Counted from the stretch's first letter, positions 17,895 through 27,654 are shown. The stretch is DNA of 64,000 nucleotides from an uncultured Thermotogae bacterium (GCA_964473325.1 CAYYOG010000004.1:48258-112257); one strand, 5' to 3'. The notes: generated from the letters alone by a model not told the origin. A program made the numbers and translations.

Positions 17895-18083
17895 TCAAAT
17901 CGCTTTCTGGACCTTGCCGGCCTTCAAGCAGCGCGTGCAGACTGTAATTTTCATGGTTCGGCCGTTGACGATGGCGCGCACGGTCTGCAAATTGGGCTTG
18001 AACGTTCGATTGTTGCGATTCCCGGCAAAGCTCACTTGATTGCCAAACTTTGTCGTCTTGCCACAGATAGCACATGCGGGCAT
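17895..18083 (-). CDS. rpmB: 50S ribosomal protein L28 (Zn-ribbon type)
   Basis: MPACAICGK..FGNQVSFAGNRNNRTFKPNLQ..VCTRCLKAGKV. Confidence 0.95.
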   Translation of the reverse strand: MPACAICGKTTKFGNQVSFAGNRNNRTFKPNLQTVRAIVNGRTMKITVCTRCLKAGKVQKAI

Positions 18084-18246
18084 AGCATTTGTCACCCCTA
18101 TAGAGTATTGAGATTGTATTATCTCAAAAAACGGAGCTGTTCGCAAGGAGCTCTCGATTTGACTCCCCCCCCCTTTACTATATATATCAACCAAGGAAGC
18201 CAATAAAGGGAACACCGGTTCATTCGCTTGGAGGAGGTTGGTCGTG

Positions 18247-19722
18247 ATGAGAGGCCTATCGGTAGGGGTTAGCTTAATCTTTAGTGTTTTCTTGATTGCT
18301 CTTCCCATCGGTGCAGCGCCCATCTCTGGGGAAGCCAATATCGGCCTTGTCCTGCGCTCCGCGACGTGCGGCATCGATGCCGATGGCGATACGTTCGTGG
18401 ACGAAGATCCCCCTAATACTATTGACGACGACGGGGACACGCTCATCGACGAAGACGACTGCTCGAAGATCGATCTGAGCGTCTTGAAGTTCGAGTCAGA
18501 TCTGGTAGTGAATCTCTCTATCAGTGGGCTGCAGATCACCAGCACGTCGGTGTTCACGTTCAAGGGCTTAGAGTACCAAGCGTTCAGCTTCGCTATGACT
18601 GTCGGGGCGCTCTCGTTTAGTGACGTTATCGTCTTTGCGCCTAGCGTCACGGAGATCGCTTTAGTGCGCAACGCGAGCAGCCTCAGTGTGCGCTATTGTA
18701 TTTTAGACTCTGCGCCGGGGAGCGTCAGCCCGCCGTTTCGGAGCTGTCCGCTCTTTGATAGTCGTTTATATTGGCTCTTAGAGGGCGATGGCTTCTATCA
18801 TCCGACGGTCGCGAATCTGATCCTCGCGCAGATCTTCGACGAAGGAGGAATGCTCCTGCCTAAGACGCTGACGCTTCGGAAGAAAGTCGCTGATCTTGCG
18901 TTTAATATTGCTGGCATGACAGTAAGCACCCGCGCGCTCTTGGCCAATCTGGGGAGCGTTTCAGCGCCGGAGTTTCGAGTAGGGCTGGTGCTAGGGCTGG
19001 AGGGCCAGACGGTGAGCGGGATTCTCATCCGCAGCGAAACGTGGATCGGCGCACGACAAGGTTTAGAGTGCTTCGCCGAGTGCAAGCCTCTAGAGCGTCT
19101 CTATCTGGGGATCGTCACCGACGAGTTTAGCTTCCAAGAGGAGAAGCTCTTCGTGCGCAACGTAAAGTTTCTTGGCATGACGTTTCACTTTCTGCTTGAA
19201 GTCGGCGCTGTCTGCGCCGAAGATTTCCTCTGCTATGCTGAGGTGAATACGATCATCCCAGTTCAGCCGCTCGGTCTAGAATTCAATAATACTCTGCGAT
19301 TTGGCCCGGGGATACGCGAGCACTTTGATGCTCTGAGCACAACGTTGCGCTTCGGAGACGCATCGGTCTTGGCGCTCTGGTACTTCTACCCACGCACCGG
19401 CTCATGGAAAGCACAAATAGCCCGTATCATCAGCTCATTTGATCCACCAGGTCTGACGGTCTCAAGCGATGTGCAGCTGTGCACGGGAACGGCGTATCTC
19501 TTCTGCTCCAGTGGGGTCACCAAGCACACGGTTTCGCTGACGGCAACGATTGGCGATCTCTCGCTCGACACAAAACTGATCTTCATCGGGTTGATTAAGA
19601 ACTTCTATCAGCTCTGGCTCGATGCAGCCTGGAAGCTAGGCGGGGTCGAGCTGTCTAGCTCTATCGTGCTCTCAGTGAAATATCTCAATGCTTTCGCAAT
19701 GGGGATCACAGTGAGGTTCTAA
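18247..19722 (+). CDS. Exported beta-rich protein, probable outer-membrane barrel, with acidic metal-binding loop
   Basis: GGAGG SD; signal peptide; DADGDTFVDEDPPNTIDDDGDTLIDEDD; alternating hydrophobic strands; terminal GITVRF. Confidence 0.6.
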   Translation: MRGLSVGVSLIFSVFLIALPIGAAPISGEANIGLVLRSATCGIDADGDTFVDEDPPNTIDDDGDTLIDEDDCSKIDLSVLKFESDLVVNLSISGLQITSTSVFTFKGLEYQAFSFAMTVGALSFSDVIVFAPSVTEIALVRNASSLSVRYCILDSAPGSVSPPFRSCPLFDSRLYWLLEGDGFYHPTVANLILAQIFDEGGMLLPKTLTLRKKVADLAFNIAGMTVSTRALLANLGSVSAPEFRVGLVLGLEGQTVSGILIRSETWIGARQGLECFAECKPLERLYLGIVTDEFSFQEEKLFVRNVKFLGMTFHFLLEVGAVCAEDFLCYAEVNTIIPVQPLGLEFNNTLRFGPGIREHFDALSTTLRFGDASVLALWYFYPRTGSWKAQIARIISSFDPPGLTVSSDVQLCTGTAYLFCSSGVTKHTVSLTATIGDLSLDTKLIFIGLIKNFYQLWLDAAWKLGGVELSSSIVLSVKYLNAFAMGITVRF

Positions 19723-19724
19723 CT

Positions 19725-22700
19725 ATGCGCCCTATAAAACTCACCTTCGCAGTCGTTCTCGTAGCTCTGGGAATCGGCCTATGGCTCAGTGGGGTTCCGG
19801 CATACGCGCAGTTCACGATCACCAGGACATCATCTCCTATCTTTTACATTGACAGCGGCGTCAGCCCACCGCTCAGGGCAATGTATGTTTCTTACAAAAT
19901 CTGCAACACCAGTGGGACCAACTATCCAGACATCTGGGTGAATATTAGCGGTTTTACTGGTGGGATCGTCTCATTAGCTCCCTATGAGGACGGTGTGGTG
20001 CATCTTGGCACGATCAACGCGGGGCAATGTAAGGCAGCGTTCTTCTACCTGCAAGCGAGCGGGCCAACAACTACACCGCAGTCGCACACGGTGCGCGTCT
20101 TTGCTGGACCTCCGTCGGGCACACCGCTGGCCAGCGCGACGTTCTCGTTTACGAGCGTCGAAGAGACCATCAAGGCGAGCGCTAACAAAGTCCATACTGT
20201 GGTCATCAGCACCAATGATCCCATACTCGGAACGCTCATTGTTATCACCGTGACAGGCGAATCCGGCGTAATAGGCGCAGCACGAGTGATGTCTTATACG
20301 CCTGCATCGTACACGACATGGCGTGCGGATTGCTTCATGCTCTACAGGACGACGATCACCCTTACTGGGGGCAACACCGGCACGTTCACCGATCAATTGC
20401 TGATACCACCCGACTCGCTTCCCTCTCCGGCAAACACGAATTACACGGCAATGTACACATTTCGTGTAGCGGATGTGTGTACTCTCCCGACAACAGTGAG
20501 CCCTGTGGCCTATATCAGCAGCGGGATGGAAGTGAAGCACACAGACACGGGCAATTTCGGCGCACTGCCCCCTGTCAACCCTGTGAGTAATAACCTCGTC
20601 ATCCTTAGCAAGACAGCAACACCAGATACTTTGCCGGGAACGGGCGGTGTAGTAACTTATACGATAACATTAGCCAACGGCGCTGCCGATGACGTTACCC
20701 TCGACGATGTCAGAGACACACTGCCCACGACTCCAGCTATACCAACGTATGTAAGCGGGTCATCCCAGTGGGACGGCTCACCAGTCCCTGATCCTGTTGT
20801 ATCGGGCAATATATTAACTTGGTATGGGTTCTTAACGATCCCTGCTGGTTCAACTGCGGCGTTAAGGTATCAGATAGCATTCCCCGCGATCAACTGCGTC
20901 TCGTACCACAACAGCGCCGTTGGTCATATCGGATCAGCGCAGATAGATACGACTCTTGATACAACAGATAATGCCCCCGCTCAAGAGACCGTGAACGTGG
21001 GAACCAATTGTCAGGATCTAGCGATCACCAAGACCCACACGGGCAATTTCGTCGTCGGCCAGCAAGGGGTGTACACAATCACTGTGACGAACGTTGGTGA
21101 AGCAAGTACAACAGGAACGATCACAGTGACTGATACGTTGCCTACAGGACTAAGCTACGTTTCTGCCACGGGAACGGGTTGGAGCTGCTCTGCTATGGGA
21201 CAGATAGTCACGTGCACGAACCCTGGGCCCTTAGCTCCCGGCGACAGCACGAGTATTACTATCACCGTAAACGTGCTCCCTGGGGCCTACCCCAGCGTGG
21301 ACAACGTGGCAACAGTTTCAACGCCTGGCGATACCAATACTTCAAACGATCAAACAACTGATACAACACTGGTCGATGCTCCAGATCTCGCTATTCAAAA
21401 GACCCACACAGGGGACTTCATCGTAGGGCAAGATGGGACGTACACCATCACCGTGACGAACGTCGGCACTATCCCAACCACAGGAACGATCACTGTCACA
21501 GACACGCTGCCCAATGGATTGAGTTTTGTCTCCGGGGTAGGCACAGGCTGGAGCTGCTCTGCCGTTGGACAAACAGTCACCTGCACCAATCCTGGCCCGC
21601 TGGCTCCTAGCGCAAGTAGTACTCTCACTTTAACAGTCAGCGTCGGCCCTGGAGCAGTGCCCAGCGTCACAAACAGCGTCACGGTCTCTACTCCCAACGA
21701 CCCAAACCCCAATAACAATACTGCTGATGACCCCACTGTGGTGTTATCAGCACCAGATCTAACAATTGTTAAGAGTCATAGCGGCGATTTCATCGTCGGG
21801 ACTACTGGGACGTACACGATTACCGTGACCAATATCGGCTTTGGGAGCACGACGGGGACGATCACCGTGACGGATACGCTGCCCACAGGGCTGAGCTTCG
21901 TCTCCGGGACGGGAACGAATTGGACGTGCTTTGCCGTTGGGCAGACCGTGACGTGCACGAACCCTGGCCCGCTCAACCCCAGCGACAGCAGCAGCATTAC
22001 GCTCACGGTGAGTGTGGACCTAGACGCTTATCCATCAGTCATAAATACAGCAAGCGTCTCTACACCAGGCGACATTGATCCTGATAACAATAGCGACGAC
22101 GATCCCACAGATGTCCTTGCGCCTGATCTGCAGATCACAAAGAGCCACGTGGGGAACTTCGTGGTCGGGCAACACGGCGTCTATACAATCGCGGTCACCA
22201 ATACTGGGATGGCTCCTACGGTAGGGACGATCACTGTTACAGATAATTTGCCCCTCGGACTGACGTTTGTCTCAGGGGTAGGTCCGGGCTGGACGTGCTT
22301 TGCTGACGTCCAAACCGTGACGTGCACGAACCCCGGCCCGCTCAACCCCGGCGATAGCAGCAGCATTACGCTCACCGTCAGTGTCGGCCCAGAAGCCGTT
22401 CCTAGCGTCACTAACTCCGCGACGGTGACAAACCCTTACGATCCTGATCCGTCCAATAACACCGATGACGACCCAACCGATGTCGAGCCGGTTGCTGATC
22501 TGCACCTCATCAAGACCGTCGACAATCCCAACCCCAACCTGGGCGATACAATCACCTTTACAGTGACTGTCACCAACGACGGTCCCAACACCGCGACGGG
22601 CGTCGTAGTGACCGATCAATTGCCTTCAGGACTGACGTTCGTCTCGTACAGCGCCAGCCAAGGGACCTATAACAACGTCACCGGAATCTGGACGGTCGGA

Positions 22701-24932
22701 ACACTCAATGTCGGCGCGAGCGCCACGCTCTCCATTCAAGCCATCGTCTCGACTGTAACCCCCATCGTCAATACCGCGGAAGTGACCGCGTCGGATCAGC
22801 TCGATCCCGACTCGACTCCCAATAACAATGACCCCACGGAAGACGATCAAGCAACGGTGATCGTCGCGGGCCAAGTCGCTGATCTGAGCTTACAAAAGAC
22901 CGTAGACAACCCCACGCCGGGAGTGGGAAGCACGGTGACCTTCACGATCACGCTCTCCAACGCCGGTCCTAATACCGCGACCAATGTAGCCGTGCAGGAT
23001 CAACTGCCGACAGGGCTAGGTTTCGTCTCTTACGCGGCTAGCCAGGGCACCTATAACACCATCACTGGGGTCTGGACCGTGGGCAACGTGCCTGCTGGAT
23101 CTACGGCCACGTTGACTATAGTCGCCCTGGTGACAGCGCCGGGGGCGATCACGAACAGCGCTGAAGTGATCGCAGTGGATCAACCCGATCCCGATTCCGT
23201 CCCCAATAATAACGATCCCACCGAGGACGACCAAGATGACGCGGTGATTGAGGCTCAACCCGCCGATCTCACGATTACCAAGAGCCATTCCGGGAGCTTT
23301 GCTGTAGGTTACACCGGTACATATACGTTAACTGTTACGAATATCGGCGCGGGGAGCACGACTGGGCCGATTATCGTCACGGACAATCTGCCGATGGGAC
23401 TAACGTTTGTCTCGGGCACCGGGCCAGGCTGGACCTGCTCAGCCGCTTTGCAAGTCGTCACCTGCACGAACCCCGGCCCGCTCGCCCCCAGCGCTAGCAC
23501 AACTATTACGCTGACAGTCAACGTCTTAGAGGGGGCATTCCCCAGCGTGACCAACCGCGTCACCGTCACGACGCCCGGCGACGGCAACCCTGACAACAAC
23601 TCCGACGACGACCCGACAGATATCGTCGCCCCCGATTTACAGATCACCAAGAGCCATACGGGAAGCTTCGTTACTGGCTCTACCGGTGTCTATACGATCA
23701 CCGTGACGAACGTGGGCAACGGGCCAACGTATGGCCCTATCGTCGTCACTGATACGCTGCCGACGGGGCTGACGTTCGTGTCGGGGACTGGGCCAGGGTG
23801 GACCTGCTCAGCAGCTTTGCAAGTCGTCACGTGTACGAACCCCGGCCCGCTCGCCCCTGGGGCAAGCACGACGATCACCCTCACGGTGAGCGTCTCTCGT
23901 GACGCCATCCCCAGCGTCATAAACACTGTGACTGTCTTCACGCCGGGTGATATAAACCCCGAGAACAACAGCGACGATGACCCAACTGACGTTGAGATTG
24001 GCCTAGGACAAATCTGCGGCTTCAAGTGGCTCGATCTTGACGCCGATGGCAACCGAGCTGAAAACGAGCCGTATTTGCCGGGCATTACGATCACCCTTGT
24101 CGGCGTGGACGTCTTCGGTAACCCCGTCACCCTCTCGACCGTCACCGACGAGAACGGGCAGTATTGCTTCACTGGACTTGTGCCAGGGACGTATCTCATC
24201 TGTGAGGCACCGCCCGAAGAGATCTCGTTCTTCGAGACCTTCCCCGTCAGCGGACCCGTTTGCCCCAATGGCACCATCGGCTGGCTCATCAATTTGGGGG
24301 ATGGGCAGAATCTGCATCGCATCAAGTTCGGGAACGCCCCCGACGAGCCGTCGCTCGCCCCGTTGTCTGTGACAGTGATCCAAGCCGTCGCGACCCCGCA
24401 CGCGGTCTACTTCCGCGCCATCGGCCAGGGGATCAAAGAGATCGCCGTTGAACTCTTCGACCTAAGCGGGCGAGCGATCTATCGCAGCGGGTGGCAGAAG
24501 AATAACTTCGTGTGGACCTATCAGAACGAGCGCGCCGGGCGCGTCGCTCCAGGAGTCTATCTCTACTTCATGGGCGTCAAGGGCCACGACGGGACAATAA
24601 TCAAAACAGAGCTGCGTAAGCTGGTCATCTCGCCCAAGCCTTCTATCGTCGAGCAGCTCGTGGCTCAAGCGTCTCCGACGGTTCTGGTACGCTCGCAGCG
24701 CGAGGGGATTCAGTTTACGCTCATGAGCCATCACGAGTTCCGTGTGCAGGTCTTCGATCTGAGCGGACGACTCGTCTACACGAGCGACTGGGGGAATACG
24801 AATATCCTCTGGAAGCTTCAGAATAATAAGGGCCAGCGCGTTGCCAAGGGCGTCTATCTCTACGTCGTCACCGTGTGCAGCCCTGATGGGGAGATCACGC
24901 GAACGAAGCTTCAGAAGCTGATCGTGAAGTAG
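19725..24932 (+). CDS. Large surface adhesin: about 9 DUF11 repeats, SdrD B-like domain, two T9SS-CTD/FlgD-like C-terminal domains
   Basis: DLxITKxH / DLxLxKTVDN...TITVTN.G...VTDTLP repeats; GFKWLDLDADG...TDENGQY.F..L.PGTY; tandem FDLSGR...GVYLY...KL modules. Confidence 0.85.
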   Translation: MRPIKLTFAVVLVALGIGLWLSGVPAYAQFTITRTSSPIFYIDSGVSPPLRAMYVSYKICNTSGTNYPDIWVNISGFTGGIVSLAPYEDGVVHLGTINAGQCKAAFFYLQASGPTTTPQSHTVRVFAGPPSGTPLASATFSFTSVEETIKASANKVHTVVISTNDPILGTLIVITVTGESGVIGAARVMSYTPASYTTWRADCFMLYRTTITLTGGNTGTFTDQLLIPPDSLPSPANTNYTAMYTFRVADVCTLPTTVSPVAYISSGMEVKHTDTGNFGALPPVNPVSNNLVILSKTATPDTLPGTGGVVTYTITLANGAADDVTLDDVRDTLPTTPAIPTYVSGSSQWDGSPVPDPVVSGNILTWYGFLTIPAGSTAALRYQIAFPAINCVSYHNSAVGHIGSAQIDTTLDTTDNAPAQETVNVGTNCQDLAITKTHTGNFVVGQQGVYTITVTNVGEASTTGTITVTDTLPTGLSYVSATGTGWSCSAMGQIVTCTNPGPLAPGDSTSITITVNVLPGAYPSVDNVATVSTPGDTNTSNDQTTDTTLVDAPDLAIQKTHTGDFIVGQDGTYTITVTNVGTIPTTGTITVTDTLPNGLSFVSGVGTGWSCSAVGQTVTCTNPGPLAPSASSTLTLTVSVGPGAVPSVTNSVTVSTPNDPNPNNNTADDPTVVLSAPDLTIVKSHSGDFIVGTTGTYTITVTNIGFGSTTGTITVTDTLPTGLSFVSGTGTNWTCFAVGQTVTCTNPGPLNPSDSSSITLTVSVDLDAYPSVINTASVSTPGDIDPDNNSDDDPTDVLAPDLQITKSHVGNFVVGQHGVYTIAVTNTGMAPTVGTITVTDNLPLGLTFVSGVGPGWTCFADVQTVTCTNPGPLNPGDSSSITLTVSVGPEAVPSVTNSATVTNPYDPDPSNNTDDDPTDVEPVADLHLIKTVDNPNPNLGDTITFTVTVTNDGPNTATGVVVTDQLPSGLTFVSYSASQGTYNNVTGIWTVGTLNVGASATLSIQAIVSTVTPIVNTAEVTASDQLDPDSTPNNNDPTEDDQATVIVAGQVADLSLQKTVDNPTPGVGSTVTFTITLSNAGPNTATNVAVQDQLPTGLGFVSYAASQGTYNTITGVWTVGNVPAGSTATLTIVALVTAPGAITNSAEVIAVDQPDPDSVPNNNDPTEDDQDDAVIEAQPADLTITKSHSGSFAVGYTGTYTLTVTNIGAGSTTGPIIVTDNLPMGLTFVSGTGPGWTCSAALQVVTCTNPGPLAPSASTTITLTVNVLEGAFPSVTNRVTVTTPGDGNPDNNSDDDPTDIVAPDLQITKSHTGSFVTGSTGVYTITVTNVGNGPTYGPIVVTDTLPTGLTFVSGTGPGWTCSAALQVVTCTNPGPLAPGASTTITLTVSVSRDAIPSVINTVTVFTPGDINPENNSDDDPTDVEIGLGQICGFKWLDLDADGNRAENEPYLPGITITLVGVDVFGNPVTLSTVTDENGQYCFTGLVPGTYLICEAPPEEISFFETFPVSGPVCPNGTIGWLINLGDGQNLHRIKFGNAPDEPSLAPLSVTVIQAVATPHAVYFRAIGQGIKEIAVELFDLSGRAIYRSGWQKNNFVWTYQNERAGRVAPGVYLYFMGVKGHDGTIIKTELRKLVISPKPSIVEQLVAQASPTVLVRSQREGIQFTLMSHHEFRVQVFDLSGRLVYTSDWGNTNILWKLQNNKGQRVAKGVYLYVVTVCSPDGEITRTKLQKLIVK

Positions 24933-25586
24933 ATGCGACTTGTAGCGATAGCTTTGATAATCATTGGGCTGAGTGGGTGCCGGCCCGCTCAGCCCAATCT
25001 TCTTCGCAACGGGAGCTTCGAGCAGGGAATTGCGCCGTGGTTCTCACTTGCATCTGAGAATTGGGCAGGGTTCTCGATCACGGATCGTTACGCTAAGGAC
25101 GGGCGCTTTTCAGCGTATCTGGCTCTGCGCGCTGACAAAAACGATCACGGCGCGAAAGTCTTCGGGCTGATCCAAGAGCTCAGCCCCCAGAGATTTCCCA
25201 AAAAGCTTTTGGGATACTATCGCGTCGAGAACTGGCGGCGCGGCACAGAGAAGCAATATCTGCAGTGCGTCGTGATCGTCTGGGGTGACAGAGCCGTCGC
25301 GCAGTATCAGAATATTCAGATACGCTATATTCTGACGGGCATTGCTGAGCCGCCGTTTGCGATCAGTAACGCGCGCTTTGTCTTCCTAGGGGGCCGTGAG
25401 CCGACCATCGGGCAGTGGGTGCATTTTCAACGCGATCTGCACGCTGATCTTTTGCAGTACTGGGGGCATGTTCCGGAGAATTTTGAAAAGATTCGAGTGC
25501 TTTTTGAGGCGCGCTACGACGACAAAGAGCTCGGCACAGAGCTGGCTGCCGACGTCTACTACGACGCACTCTCCTTAGGGGAGTAA
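24933..25586 (+). CDS. Lipoprotein with carbohydrate-binding (CBM4/9-like) jelly-roll domain
   Basis: Lipobox LSGC; NLLRNGSFEQG start; VYYDALSL end. Confidence 0.6.
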   Translation: MRLVAIALIIIGLSGCRPAQPNLLRNGSFEQGIAPWFSLASENWAGFSITDRYAKDGRFSAYLALRADKNDHGAKVFGLIQELSPQRFPKKLLGYYRVENWRRGTEKQYLQCVVIVWGDRAVAQYQNIQIRYILTGIAEPPFAISNARFVFLGGREPTIGQWVHFQRDLHADLLQYWGHVPENFEKIRVLFEARYDDKELGTELAADVYYDALSLGE

Positions 25587-25587
25587 G

Positions 25588-27654
25588 CTAACGCAGATAA
25601 AGCTCTACGCTGTTTTTCTGTGAGTCCCACAGCACCCCGACGCGTATAAGAGCGTCGGGGAAGAACTCAAGCTCTGTGCCAAGCTGCCCGTCTTTGTGAG
25701 CGAAGAGACGCGCGCGCAGATGCTCGCTCAGTTCAGTCGTCACGCCCACACGCCAGCCAAGACTGTTCTCCCAGAGGCGTTGCCCTGTGCGCGTCGCAGT
25801 CACAGCCCATACAGAGAGCTCAAGCCAGTTTTGAAAGACTCTCCAGCTTCCACTCCATTCAACGCCAATCTGATGAGCGATAGAGTCTTCTTCTATACGC
25901 CGATAGAAGAGCGATAGGCTCTGTTGTGTGCTTAAGCTCGTGATGAGAGGCAGCGTCGCCGTCAGCGACTGATGGGCTTTCAAGCCATCTCGCGCGATGA
26001 GGGCTTCTAGAGACGCTAAGAGTACGCGGTTCTCATAGCGCACAAAGTACGTTGGCAGCAGCGTCTTCCAATTGAAGCCTAGCAGCACGCTATAGAGATG
26101 TTGTCGCAGCGCGTCGCTGCCGAATGTCAGCAGGCTGATGCTGCCAGGCCCTGGCAGAGGAATTAACATCTTAGGCTCCAGCGACAGGCGCGGATCGTAT
26201 GGCGTGATGGGGTAGTCTGTATCGGGGAAGCCGTCCCAAGGTGGGAACGGCTCCGGCTCGATGTGCACTGGCTCCCAACTGTTGATATCAGAAACGTCTA
26301 CGACCTCAAAGAATGTCCCGTCAGCGATTCGATACGCATACGTCTTGAAGAGACCGTCGCGGTCTGACGTGAAGAGCACGAAGTGTCCGTCGGGCGAGAA
26401 CGCTGGGGAGAGATCGAGGGCACGGTCGCGGGTGATTGGGGAAAAGGCCCTCACTCCTAGCTCCTCTCCCGTGGGTGAGCCACGGGAGAGAGGTACTGCA
26501 GGCAGGGTGAGGGCCATCAGATAGATATCTTGAAAGCCGCCGCGGCGCCAGATCGAGAGCGCGATATGTTCGCTATCGGGCGAGATCGCGAACGAGTCTA
26601 TAAAATAATCGTGCAACGGGAATTCTTTCAGCGTCTGCATCTGTTGTGTCGCGAGATCAAAGATCGCCAAGGCTGGCCCTTGATCCCCCCAGCGATGGCG
26701 CGCTACTAAGATTCTTTGTTCATCAGGGAAAAGCGCAGCACGGTAGATCCGCGCACCCTCGGTCAGACGGATCTCTCGGCGTGCCTTGGAGTCGTAGAGA
26801 TAGAGATCGCCGAAGAGAGACGAGTGTTTGTAGATTTCGTGCTTGATGAAGGCCCTCACCCCTAACCCCTCTCCCGTGGGTGAGCTACGGGAGAGGGGTG
26901 CCGCAGGCAAGGTGAGGGCCTCAAACTCGGCAGCGATCTGTGCAAACGATTTCCCAGTCAAACGCCGAAATATCTGATCACGATCGTTCCAAAGCCCCAG
27001 CGAGAGCGTCGCTTTAGGGTCGTTGGCTTGCAGCCGATGCCATTCTTTCAAAAACTCCGGTCCGAAACGCTCTGCGAGGAAGCGCACGAATCTGTGCTCT
27101 CCTCCAATATGGAGACGTGCATCGGGCGGCGTGTTCAAAGCCTCTTCGGCGAGATACTCCCCAATCCCAGCGAGAAGCTCTGAAGATTTTAAGTTTGGTA
27201 AAACGAGCTTGCCCAGCAGCGGCCTTAAGACTTCCGAGATGCCAAAGACATAGTTAGCGCTCACCAACTGCGCGTAGAGCACAAAGACGCTCTGCTCTAC
27301 CCAACCGGGGAATTTGGGGTTGAAGCGCTCAGCGAGATCTCCTTGAGCGACGCAGATCGTGATTCTGTTTTGAAAAACATCGAGCTCCCGGTGCGCTGTA
27401 TCCCTAGCATCGCACAGCACGAGGTCAACTCTCTCAGAGGGTGCATATGCGAGTTTGGTGAGCAAATACTGATACGCGTCCTCGGCAGCGACAGCTGCTT
27501 CTTGGGCGAGGCCCTCCAATCCCGATGGGAATGTCACGCGAAAGTGCTCAGTGTGGATCGTGTGCCAAACTAAACTTGGCTCACCGAGCCGTTGCCCAGA
27601 CGTACCCCACGACAGCCCTAACAGCACTGTGAGAGCGACGACGATAGAGCGCAT
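25588..27654 (-). CDS. Degenerate paralogue of the peptidase-PD40-Omp85 protein, carrying two in-frame palindromic insertions
   Basis: Collinear with 29988-32741 (WHTIHTEHF, GDLYLYD, RRGGFQDIYL, PAFSPDG); no HExxH; shortened barrel region. Confidence 0.75.
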   Translation of the reverse strand: MRSIVVALTVLLGLSWGTSGQRLGEPSLVWHTIHTEHFRVTFPSGLEGLAQEAAVAAEDAYQYLLTKLAYAPSERVDLVLCDARDTAHRELDVFQNRITICVAQGDLAERFNPKFPGWVEQSVFVLYAQLVSANYVFGISEVLRPLLGKLVLPNLKSSELLAGIGEYLAEEALNTPPDARLHIGGEHRFVRFLAERFGPEFLKEWHRLQANDPKATLSLGLWNDRDQIFRRLTGKSFAQIAAEFEALTLPAAPLSRSSPTGEGLGVRAFIKHEIYKHSSLFGDLYLYDSKARREIRLTEGARIYRAALFPDEQRILVARHRWGDQGPALAIFDLATQQMQTLKEFPLHDYFIDSFAISPDSEHIALSIWRRGGFQDIYLMALTLPAVPLSRGSPTGEELGVRAFSPITRDRALDLSPAFSPDGHFVLFTSDRDGLFKTYAYRIADGTFFEVVDVSDINSWEPVHIEPEPFPPWDGFPDTDYPITPYDPRLSLEPKMLIPLPGPGSISLLTFGSDALRQHLYSVLLGFNWKTLLPTYFVRYENRVLLASLEALIARDGLKAHQSLTATLPLITSLSTQQSLSLFYRRIEEDSIAHQIGVEWSGSWRVFQNWLELSVWAVTATRTGQRLWENSLGWRVGVTTELSEHLRARLFAHKDGQLGTELEFFPDALIRVGVLWDSQKNSVELYLR
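26446..26515. repeat. Palindromic repeat family A, copy 3 (in frame within CDS)
   Basis: GGCCCTCAC...GTGAGGGCC ends; inner stem CTCTCCCGTGG/CCACGGGAGAG; 62/70 identical to the copy at 26851. Confidence 0.92.
26851..26920. repeat. Palindromic repeat family A, copy 4 (in frame within CDS)
   Basis: Perfect 10-bp inverted ends GGCCCTCACC/GGTGAGGGCC; inner stem CCCCTCTCCCGT/ACGGGAGAGGGG. Confidence 0.92.

Noticed and set aside
17895-18671. 258-aa minus-strand ORF
   Set aside because: Only the last 62 aa (L28) are real; the rest is antisense to the barrel gene
21000-24000. Periodic DNA repeats
   Set aside because: Fully explained by protein-coding DUF11 domains; not CRISPR or satellite DNA
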